From Auanema rhodensis (taxonomy: Eukaryota > Animalia > Nematoda), in contig OZ059900.1 of the NCBI GenBank assembly GCA_964057225.1, forward strand, positions 10,788,001-10,852,000: a stretch of DNA of 64,000 bases. Direction: 5' to 3'. Made by a program: the position numbers and the translations under genes. Under the pieces are notes generated by a model. That model had not been told where the DNA came from. It worked only from the letters and a program-made list of their open reading frames with translations, and searched no databases. Of this stretch, positions 1 through 9,600 are shown one piece after another (position 1 is the first letter of the stretch; every line of letters starts with the position of its first letter).

Positions 1-2
1 AA

Positions 3-2369
3 AACGCAGTACGATACCTGCAATCAATGGTTAAATGCAAGCTATTCGTATATCTAGATGATTTACTGTTAATCTCTGAATCTACGACAGCACATTTAAA
101 AGATATTGAAGAAGTTTTGGAAGCAGTAACTCAAATAGGATTCAAAATAAAACTGAAGAAATGCGCATTCGCAAGAAAGGAAGTAAAATTTCTAGGATAC
201 ATAGTTGGACAAGAAGGAATTAAACCGGACCCACATAAAATCAAGGCAATACAAGATTATCCCCAACCAAAATCAACAACAGGAGTAAGAGCTTTCATGG
301 GAGTAGTAAACTACTTCAGAAGGTTCATAAAGAACGCTGCAGGAATAGCAACACCACTCTACAACCTCACTCGGAAAGACACTCCGTTCAAATGGACAGA
401 AGAAGAAGAAATTGCTTTTAATACTTTGAAGAAAACATTGACTCAAGCACCTGTGTTACAAGCACCAATCCCGAAACGACCATATGTTATTGAAAGTGAT
501 GGAAGTATGATAGCAGTTGGCGCTGTACTACTTCAAGCGAAAGACGATCAAGAACCATTACACCCCATAGCTTTTGCTAGTCGGAAACTCAACAAAGCTG
601 AAAGGAATTATCCACCAATAGAAGTAGAAGCATTAGCTCTTACATTCGCCGTTAAACAATTTCGCACCTACATACTAGGAACAGCAACCAAAATTATCAC
701 GGATCATAGACCACTTACTAGTTTAATGACTAGAAAAGATTTAATAGTTCGTTTAGCAAAATTTCAAATTGTTTTACAAGAATACGATATTGAAATTATC
801 TACAGACCAGGAAAATTAAATAGTGTATGTGACGCATTATCACGATATTTTGAAGATGAAATCAACGAAGCAAAACCACCAGCAAAGAAGAAAAACGAAA
901 GAAAAACGACGGAAGATACTATTCATCAGATAAACACCTTCACGAAATGGATAATCGCAATTCCGCTAATCAGACAAACATCAGAAGAAATTATATCAGC
1001 TATCGAAAAATACCTCTTCTATGTTTTTGGACCACCTGTCACTATCATCACAGACAATGGATCTAATTTTATTTCAAACGATTTCACCACTATGTGCAGT
1101 AATTTTGGAACTACACACCACACTACTATGCCGTATTACAAAAACGCTAACGGACAAGTAGAAAGATTACATCGGACGATCGAAGAAGCATTAACAGCCT
1201 ACGTTAATGACGAACAAAACGATTGGGATAAGATACTTCCGAAGATTATTTTTACACTCAACAGATTACCAAACGCCACCACTAAAACATCACCATACGA
1301 ATGTTTGTTTGGACAAGTAGCACGTCTACCCATTGACAAAAACTTGGAAACACCGGAAGAACAAAATACCACGGATCAGCTCAAAAACTTAAGAGATATT
1401 CAAGAAAAAGTCAAGGAAAAGATTGCCACCAATGAAGAAAGAATGAAGCAGAAATACGATCAAGCACATAGGACAAAAGAAAGAATATTAGATATAGGAG
1501 ATCGAGTATTTGTACAAAGAGCGAACCCAAGCAACAAATTACAAATACGAAGAGATGGACCTTACCGGATAGTGACAATTGAAGGAAACAACATCAGCAT
1601 AACGGACCAAGATGGAAATATTATAAAAGCTCACAAAAATAACATACGTTATTTTCCACCAGACGATAATCTTATATCAACAAGAAATAATGAAGAAGAG
1701 GAAGAAGAGGACCAAGACATAGCAAACGAAGAAGAAGAAGAAGAAGAAGCAAGTTGGAATAATCTGGATGAATGGGAACAAACCAATAATACGGAAAATA
1801 ACAACAACTGTTACCCAACAGGCAGTCCAGATACTCTCGCGCAACTGTTACCTATCACAGGGAATAACAGAGGAGTAAACGAAGAAGAAATTGAACATAA
1901 TTCAGAAACACCTGACGACCTTGCTACAGCAAGAAGAATAACAAATTCTAATATACAATTAGAAGATGAATCAACAACAATCGACAGAATTCAAGAGGAC
2001 CTCAGACAGCTGACACCTTTCTCTCAAGAAGAAGGTTCTAATCAAAACGATATAGAAGATAATAACGCGAAAACATACGAAAAGCTACGAGATCAATTCA
2101 AGAATGAAAACAGAAAGGAGCTATTTGAGGACAGAAACAGAAACTCACCAGCAATCAAAAATTGGAACACTACACTTGCCGCAGCACTAGGAATAGGAAA
2201 TGAAAACTCACGCCCGTATCATGTTAAACTACAACCCAAAAGAAAAACACAAGACGAAGAAATCAGAAATAATGGAGAATTGGAACTACATGGAAAAGCG
2301 GATCAAAGCAAAAAGCAGCAGAATAAATCTCCAACGCAAAACAAAGGAGAACAAGTACGAAACTTTTAA
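3..2369 (+). CDS. pol: Gypsy pol, 5'-partial: RT, RNase H, integrase lacking its N-terminus, long acidic C-terminal tail
   Basis: Motifs YLDD, KC.F....V.FLG, SDGS..AVGAVL.Q, YPPIEVEALA, TDHRPL, DALSR, TDNGSNF, NGQVER. The frame is open upstream of the ATG at 27. The HHCC finger and first catalytic Asp are absent. Confidence 0.92.
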   Translation, partial: NAVRYLQSMVKCKLFVYLDDLLLISESTTAHLKDIEEVLEAVTQIGFKIKLKKCAFARKEVKFLGYIVGQEGIKPDPHKIKAIQDYPQPKSTTGVRAFMGVVNYFRRFIKNAAGIATPLYNLTRKDTPFKWTEEEEIAFNTLKKTLTQAPVLQAPIPKRPYVIESDGSMIAVGAVLLQAKDDQEPLHPIAFASRKLNKAERNYPPIEVEALALTFAVKQFRTYILGTATKIITDHRPLTSLMTRKDLIVRLAKFQIVLQEYDIEIIYRPGKLNSVCDALSRYFEDEINEAKPPAKKKNERKTTEDTIHQINTFTKWIIAIPLIRQTSEEIISAIEKYLFYVFGPPVTIITDNGSNFISNDFTTMCSNFGTTHHTTMPYYKNANGQVERLHRTIEEALTAYVNDEQNDWDKILPKIIFTLNRLPNATTKTSPYECLFGQVARLPIDKNLETPEEQNTTDQLKNLRDIQEKVKEKIATNEERMKQKYDQAHRTKERILDIGDRVFVQRANPSNKLQIRRDGPYRIVTIEGNNISITDQDGNIIKAHKNNIRYFPPDDNLISTRNNEEEEEEDQDIANEEEEEEEASWNNLDEWEQTNNTENNNNCYPTGSPDTLAQLLPITGNNRGVNEEEIEHNSETPDDLATARRITNSNIQLEDESTTIDRIQEDLRQLTPFSQEEGSNQNDIEDNNAKTYEKLRDQFKNENRKELFEDRNRNSPAIKNWNTTLAAALGIGNENSRPYHVKLQPKRKTQDEEIRNNGELELHGKADQSKKQQNKSPTQNKGEQVRNF

Positions 2370-2569
2370 TTAGCTAACAAAAATCGTAGAATTGTAAAAA
2401 TAATTTTTCTTTCTTTCGTATAGTACATTAAACATAAGACATAGATCAAAAACCACCGAAATTCTAATTTCTATCCTTTAATTTTAACAAATTGTAACAA
2501 TCACTGAAAAACAAACTATATAAAGAGAAAATTTTGATAGAGAAAAATTCAAAAACATTTTTACTCAAA

Positions 2570-3214
2570 ATGACCTCCTCTCTCGCCAACGTCACACTCT
2601 CTACATTCCTCGCAACTCCAACACCACTGGTCCCTCTAGCGACCACTATTGAGCAAGAATGGATAGAGGTAGAAAACCTTCGCGAAGGTCTTCTACCTAT
2701 CAACTGCATGAAGCCGAACTTAGGACCAATAATAAGCCTCCAAACGAGCAAATTGGAAAAGAAGACACAGCACATCCTATTTATGATGGAACTATTGGAG
2801 GAGAAAACCAAAAACTATAAGGAACACGATCTGAAGGAGCTTCGCCAGCATCAAAAGAAATGGACAGAAGGATGTTCTCTCAGCCAGAAAGAGAACAGAA
2901 TCCGAAACATAATGCTGGGACAACCCGCCAGAACGCAGACCACAGCTGACATCTACAAAGCAATGCCGACGTGGACAACACAGATGACACAACAAGCTGT
3001 AGGAAATAGCGGAACCAAAGAAGAAGCATCGTGGATAGAGATAGGGCAAGACCTATCAGTAGTAATCGAAAAACTACTGACAAAAAGGACTACCAACACG
3101 TCCGCATCAAAAAGTAAGGCAAAAGCAGTTAGCCAAACCATCAGAACAATGGAGCTGCTTGGACTAGCATCAATGACGGAAATGATCCAGGAAATTGACC
3201 AACTGGCGGATTAA
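2570..3214 (+). CDS. Accessory ORF of unknown function between Gypsy pol and the 3' LTR (214 aa)
   Basis: Open frame with ATG at 2570 (caaaATG) and TATATAAAG at 2517-2525. No signal peptide or TM segment is evident. Confidence 0.65.
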   Translation: MTSSLANVTLSTFLATPTPLVPLATTIEQEWIEVENLREGLLPINCMKPNLGPIISLQTSKLEKKTQHILFMMELLEEKTKNYKEHDLKELRQHQKKWTEGCSLSQKENRIRNIMLGQPARTQTTADIYKAMPTWTTQMTQQAVGNSGTKEEASWIEIGQDLSVVIEKLLTKRTTNTSASKSKAKAVSQTIRTMELLGLASMTEMIQEIDQLAD

Positions 3215-3398
3215 AGAAGAGAGGAAAGGTTTAAATCATTTATAAAATTCTATCTCTTAAAAAAATTTTTCTCTTTATCAATAGTTTGTTGAAAAATTTG
3301 CTTTATCTCATGCCATTTTTTTTTAATTTTTATTTTTCTCTCTTAATTATTATTTGCATATAACAGCTGAGGTCAGCTGACTTGTATCCGTTGGGGCA

Positions 3399-3847
3399 TG
3401 TTACATACATATCTCAAAGGAAAGCAGCTGACCATGGCAGCTGCTATTATTAAACTAATGCAGATAGTTTTTAAGCAATTCTGAGAATATTCTAGATGCA
3501 CTTTTTATAAACTTTGTAACAATTTGTGTAAACTGAGTAGGAGTTGTATGGATATATAAACCTGAGTCCTCAAGACTCAGGCATCTCATTATCTCATTAT
3601 CTCATTATCTCATTATCTCATTATCTCATTATCTTACTTTCTCTTTATCTTCTTTATATTCTCTTTCTTAACTCTAGCTTAAATCTTTGTATAATTATAT
3701 TATGATGCGAACAATAAACCTTTATATATTTGATCTCTTGTTTCTTATTTCACCTTACATTACACACTTATATTTAAAATCATACTCATCGTCTCATAAT
3801 CTGTTTGGATATCTCAACTTGGAACCATTGAGAATCTAAATGGAACG
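3399..3847 (+). repeat. Gypsy 3' LTR (449 bp)
   Basis: TGTTACA...TGGAACG; TATATAAA at about 3553, AATAAA at about 3713, (ATCTCATT)x6 at 3583-3630; aligns to 47243-47659. Confidence 0.92.
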
Positions 3848-4018
3848 TGATCACACGGTTTTTCCAAGAATACTCTTACTTAAACAAAGAAATTATTGTG
3901 AGAATAAATAACGTCAACAAATGAATAATATAGTCTTCCTATTAATTCAGGTGGCTTGGCTTTATTTAGAAAATGATAGTTTGAATGGAGCATCCGTTGT
4001 CATAAAAAACAAAACTAA

Positions 4019-4100
4019 CGATCAGGATGAGATTCGAACTCACGCGGGGAAACCCCAATGGATTAGCAGTCCATCGCCTTAACCACTCGGCCACCTGATC
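4019..4100 (-). tRNA. tRNA-Ser(GCT)
   Basis: GATCAGGTGGCCGAGTGGTTAAGGCGATGGACTGCTAATCCATTGGGGTTTCCCCGCGTGAGTTCGAATCTCATCCTGATCG: 82 nt, cloverleaf with long variable arm, A and B boxes, downstream T4/T6 Pol III terminator. Confidence 0.97.
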
Positions 4101-4266
4101 ACAGGGTTTTTCCAAGAATACTCTTACTTAAACAAAGAAATTATTGTGACAACAAGTATCGTCAGCAAACAAATAAGAAGGTCTACGTATTAAATCAGGT
4201 GGCTTGGCTTTATTTAGAAAATGATAGTTTGAATGGAGCATCCGTTGTCATAAAAAACAAAACTAA

Positions 4267-4348
4267 CGATCAGGATGAGATTCGAACTCACGCGGGGAAA
4301 CCCCAATGGATTAGCAGTCCATCGCCTTAACCACTCGGCCACCTGATC
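4267..4348 (-). tRNA. tRNA-Ser(GCT)
   Basis: Same sequence as 4019-4100. Confidence 0.97.
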
Positions 4349-4514
4349 ACAGGGTTTTTCCAAGAATACTCTTACATAAACAAAGAAATTATTGTGAGAA
4401 TAAATAACGTCAACAAATGAATAATATAGTCTTCCTATTAATTCAGGTGGCTTGGCTTTATTTAGAAAATGATAGTTTGAATGGAGCATCCGTTGTCATA
4501 AAAAACAAAACTAA

Positions 4515-4596
4515 CGATCAGGATGAGATTCGAACTCACGCGGGGAAACCCCAATGGATTAGCAGTCCATCGCCTTAACCACTCGGCCACCTGATC
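4515..4596 (-). tRNA. tRNA-Ser(GCT)
   Basis: Same sequence as 4019-4100. Confidence 0.97.
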
Positions 4597-4762
4597 ACAG
4601 GGTTTTTCCAAGAATACTCTTACTTAAACAAAGAAATTATTGTGACAACAAGTATCGTCAGCAAACAAATAAGAAGGTCTACGTATTAAATCAGGTGGCT
4701 TGGCTTTATTTAGAAAATGATAGTTTGAATGGAGCATCCGTTGTCATAAAAAACAAAACTAA

Positions 4763-4844
4763 CGATCAGGATGAGATTCGAACTCACGCGGGGAAACCCC
4801 AATGGATTAGCAGTCCATCGCCTTAACCACTCGGCCACCTGATC
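4763..4844 (-). tRNA. tRNA-Ser(GCT)
   Basis: Same sequence as 4019-4100. Confidence 0.97.
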
Positions 4845-4944
4845 ACAGGGTTTTTCCAAGAATACTCTTACATAAACAAAGAAATTATTGTGAGAATAAA
4901 TAACGTCAACAAATGAATAATATAGTCTTCCTATTAAATCAGGT

Positions 4945-5008
4945 TGTCGCGATAAGCGAGTAGGTTTTGTTTTTGTTATCTCTATCTCTCTCTCTATATA
5001 TATACCTC

Positions 5009-5075
<67 letters not shown>

Positions 5076-5319
5076 TTATCTCCTTCCTTTGTAACTAGAT
5101 CAAAACACATATGCATAACATATGTGTTAACATGTGGTATAAGTAACAGTTTATTTCAGACGACCGCCCATCAACGGAGGACAGTCTTACATTTTCAACG
5201 TTCGCAGTCAGTGATTCTATTCCGTGCTTGTCTTGTTAATTCATCAATAAACCTTTTTCTACATATTCGCTTTGTGTTTTACTTCCAACCATACTATACA
5301 CTTGTGGTATAACGCCACA
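4945..5319 (+). repeat. BEL/Pao 5' LTR (375 bp) containing a (CT)n microsatellite
   Basis: TGTCGCG...CGCCACA; direct repeat of 30036-30410, with one difference noticed. Confidence 0.96.
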
Positions 5320-5322
5320 AAT

Positions 5323-5334
5323 TGGTGCATCGGC
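5323..5334 (+). promoter_or_regulatory. Primer-binding site, probably for tRNA-Gly
   Basis: TGGTGCATCGGC lies 3 nt after the LTR and is complementary to the ...GCCGATGCA-CCA end of eukaryotic tRNA-Gly. Confidence 0.75.
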
Positions 5335-5607
5335 TAGTTTAGATCTTAGCCGCTTTAAGTCCCGCGTGGCAGGTGAGATACAACTCGAACCAAGCGTGTT
5401 TGAGCAAAAAACATACTTAATAAAAATCGTGGCGATCATAAGTCCACGTCAAGTCACACCAAACAGACTTGAACAATAAGCAAACTCTGAAATTAGAAAC
5501 AGAGGTTTCAATTTCCTTACGTTCACATATACTGTGATCACCAAACAAACAAAGAAAAAAGAAAACAAAAAAGGAATATAAGCATTATTCCTACATCTAC
5601 AACAAAA

Positions 5608-6669
5608 ATGTCACTCCTTTTTGTCAATCATATCAAACAATCTAACCAGTTTCTTGGAGAACTGCTTACACGATACGAGATGGAAGTGAAGGACCTTCCT
5701 GGTATTCTGGTAGATTGCGACTTCCACACTGAGGAAGAAGAGGAAACCCTCTCTTGCCTTATCATTCGCTGGACAAAAGTCCAACACCAATTCAAAGAAT
5801 CGTTGAAAAATCATCAAGATAACGAGAAAAAATTCCAAAAATTTTACGAAGCATCAGACAAAACGCTTCGTAAAGCATTAGACGAACAGTACATCGCCTT
5901 CACATCCGATGAAGACTTTGAACCCAACATTAAAAAGGTTCAAAACGCCATTATTGAGCTTGACGAACACATCATGAAAGCCGAACGCATACTTAGAAAG
6001 CTGAGAAAAACGCTTCATAAGAATGAATCTGAGCACAACAGCAATTGCTCAACAGAAAACAATGAAACAGAAAACAAATCGAATGATCAATTTCTGGAAA
6101 TTATCAAGTCATTCCTACACATCCAACAAACTAGCATCCAAAAACCAGCGATGTCGCTACCTACATTTGATGGCAAACCAGAGAACTTCAAATCATTCTG
6201 GGGCCGTTTTGATAGACTTGTTCATGATAATGAACAGTTTACAACCTTAGAAAAGGTAAACCTACTCTGTGAAAGCCTCAAAGGCGATTCACAAATAGCA
6301 ATCAGAGGAATAGAACCCTCTGCTCAAAATTATGAGCTCATGCGTGAAGCATTAGTTTCTGAATTTGGAGACTATTCGTCGGATATCAACTCTCTTTTAA
6401 CACAACTACGTAATTTGAGATTTGCAAGCAATAATGCAAAATCATGTAAAGAAACATTTGGGGAAACCAAGGCACTTATCAGGCAAATTGAAGCAGCCGG
6501 AGCTACAGTATCCCGCGAAATGTGTACCGCGATGATTCTCAACAAATTCCCATACCACATCGTGGAAGACATTCTAATTTATCCAAACAACTACCATTCC
6601 ACTAAAGAAATGCTGACAGCTGTAGACCACAAAATCTATTCCTTTTTTCTAAGAACAAACAAGAAATAG
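5608..6669 (+). CDS. gag: BEL/Pao gag N-terminal and capsid region (out of frame with the rest of the polyprotein)
   Basis: LPTFDG.....KSFW.RF...VH....EK...L...LKG motif typical of Pao-family Gag, preceded by a coiled-coil-like N-terminus. Confidence 0.88.
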   Translation: MSLLFVNHIKQSNQFLGELLTRYEMEVKDLPGILVDCDFHTEEEEETLSCLIIRWTKVQHQFKESLKNHQDNEKKFQKFYEASDKTLRKALDEQYIAFTSDEDFEPNIKKVQNAIIELDEHIMKAERILRKLRKTLHKNESEHNSNCSTENNETENKSNDQFLEIIKSFLHIQQTSIQKPAMSLPTFDGKPENFKSFWGRFDRLVHDNEQFTTLEKVNLLCESLKGDSQIAIRGIEPSAQNYELMREALVSEFGDYSSDINSLLTQLRNLRFASNNAKSCKETFGETKALIRQIEAAGATVSREMCTAMILNKFPYHIVEDILIYPNNYHSTKEMLTAVDHKIYSFFLRTNKK

Positions 6670-9600
6670 TCATGAACAAAAGTTTCGAAATCACAAAGAG
6701 AATGTCACATCTGTAGCACATAAAGAAAACTCCGTAGAACAACGGAAAACCCAAACTTGGCCATGTGTTTTCTGCGACTCATCCGAGCATCGTTTTTATC
6801 AATGCACCACATTTGAAACACCAGAGAAAAGAAGGTACCGCATTCGCGGAAAGGCCATCTGTTGGATCTGCTTTTCCGATAAACACAAAAGTTCGGAATG
6901 CAGAAAACAAAAATGTCGCAATTGCCAAGGAGATCATAATTCCGCCTTGTGCTCACAAGGAAGAAAAAATGTACAAAATATCCAAAAAGATAAAGAAACT
7001 CCCACAATTAAAACAGATCAGGCTTTACTGATCACCACAGAAGAATTATTGAATAAAAAAACAACAGAATATAAACAAGAATCTGACACTAATAATCGAA
7101 TCCCTACTGAGGCACTTAATGCACCAGTATCGCTTAATCACATTGCGGACACACATAATATTGAAGAAAGTCAAGTAATATTACGAACAGCAATGGCGAA
7201 CATATACAACCACAATAGTAAAAAATATGAGCAAGTACGCATGCTCATAGATGAAGGATCCATGAGATCTTTTATATCCAAGGACCTATCTACAAGATTA
7301 GGACTGCCCATTCTTGGTTCTCAGAAGAGAACCTTTTACGGCATTGGAGCATTATCAGAAACACATGAGGTTGAAGATGTTAAGGTAATTATTGGAACCT
7401 CAAGTGGATCCCTTATCGTAACAAAACTGTTCACAAAACCCATGTTAACCACACCTATACGGTGTCCTAAACTATCTAATGAAGACTTAAAATTCATACA
7501 AAGAAGAAAAATTAAATTAGCCAATCCAAAAACAAACGGAGAATCATTTACTCCGGATATACTGATAGGTATGGATAGATACAAACTATTCATGCACTTA
7601 AACGAAGAAACCGAACTCCCCTCACGTATGAGATTGAAAAACTCGGTATTCGGCCACATGATACATGGGGAAGCTCCTCTTCCCGATAATAATACACAAC
7701 AAGAAGTAATATTATGCTCTACATTAGAAGAGATAACAAAAGAAACCTCTCATAAAGAACTCCTCACTAATCTGTTTGAACTGGATTCTATCGGCATCAA
7801 TACAGAAAACGCCAACGCAGACCGCACTATTGATTACTATGAAGAATACTCAAAAGATATAAAAATTGAGAACAACCGTATTATTGCACCGTTCCCGTTA
7901 AAAAATAACTTCAAAAATCTTAAAAACAACAAAATGCCCGCGTACCATAGATTCGTATCCCTATGGCGAAAGTTACTGCACAATCCAGAAATGCTCTCAC
8001 ACTATACTACAACCATTGAAAGTTACCTCAAAGATAACATTGTCAAACAAATTCCCAACAATCACCAGGAGCCTTTAGAGTTTTATATGCCCCACCATGG
8101 GGTTTGGAAGCCCAGCAAGGCTAACCCTCTCAGAATCGTTTTTGACGCCTCCGCTAAACAGAAGGATAGCCCATCGTTGAATGAGATAATACACACAGGA
8201 CGATCATTTATCACATATATACACGACATCATGATCTCCTGCAGAACAAGACCAATAATAATAACATGCGATATTAAAGCCGCATTTCTACAAGTACAAT
8301 TGACAGAAAATCACAAGAATTTATGCAAATTCTTTTGGATAAAAAACAAAGAATACCCAATATCACACAATAATATCATAACCCTTCGATTCAACAGATT
8401 ACCATTCGGTATCACTGCATCCCCCAGCGTATTGAACATGGGCATAAAATGGTTCTTAGAATCAAAAGTAGACAACCCATTAGCTATGGAAATCCTGCAC
8501 AACTTATACGTCGACAATATCATTCTTACAGCAAATACAACCGAAGAAGCTATAAAGAAATGTAAAGAAACCCAAACACTATTCTCAGAAATAAACATGC
8601 ATGTTCGCGAATTCTTGTCAAACGATGAACAAGTAATACAGAACCTTCCTGAAGAAGACAGATATCCGAACATGACAACCAAAATACTTGGGATATCATT
8701 TAATAAAGAAAACGACTCTTTCATTATCCCAATAAAAATAACAACGACTCACACAAGTTACACCAAGAGAATTCTACTCAGTCAGTTGCATTCAATATTT
8801 GATCCCATTGGATTATCAGCACCAATACTGTTACCCCTCAAACTTATCTTGCGAGAAATCATTAACACAAAATTATCATGGGACCAACCCATTGACTCAA
8901 ACAGTATCAAGCAATGGGAACAACATATTACTCAGATTAACAATAAGCAATTAACCATGAACAGATATTTTAAGTTTTCTGAACATGAAACACAGTTATG
9001 GGTCTTCGCTGACGCAAGCAACCAAGCCATGGCCGCTTGTTCATATTTCCAAACAAATGAGAAGATTAGTTCTCTGCTAAACGGGAAATCACGCATAGCA
9101 CCCAAAAATAAAACTACAATTCCACGATTAGAGTTACTAGCCATTCGTTTAGCTGTACGAATGGCATTATCTATCGTCACCATATGTCCGAAAATAGCAA
9201 AAGTTAACATTGTGAGCGATAGCAACATCGCACTATCATGGATTGTCTCACAAAAATCTCTCCCACTGTTCATTAATAATCAAACAAATACTATAAAGAA
9301 ACAGCTCAAGCAAATCGAACAAATATGTTGCAATATAGAACTATATCACGTACAAACCTCGTTCAACACAGCAGACATCGGATCTCGAGGTGCAGACATG
9401 GACAAACTACAAGTTTCCGACTGGATTGAAGGCCCACATTGGTTAACTAAACTTTCCGTGCATAACCCTCTGACATCACTCGGCTCACCTAACAACTCGA
9501 GCAGGAATAACGCAGAATTAAAATCGGAGCATCACAATGTTGTCCACATAATCATAGACAATCCTCCAACCCATGATATTTGGAACATTCGTGAAAACTA

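Larger units (their letters stand above)
1..3847 (+). mobile_element. Gypsy/Ty3 LTR retrotransposon copy 1, 3' part (5' end outside window)
   Basis: pol in RT-RNaseH-IN order, an extra 3' ORF, a G-rich PPT-like tract (3390-3398), and a 3' LTR homologous to 47243-47659. Confidence 0.93.
3848..4944 (-). repeat. tRNA-Ser tandem array, left segment (248-bp unit)
   Basis: Four full units plus flanks. It is in exact phase with the right segment once the BEL/Pao element and one TSD are removed. Confidence 0.97.
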
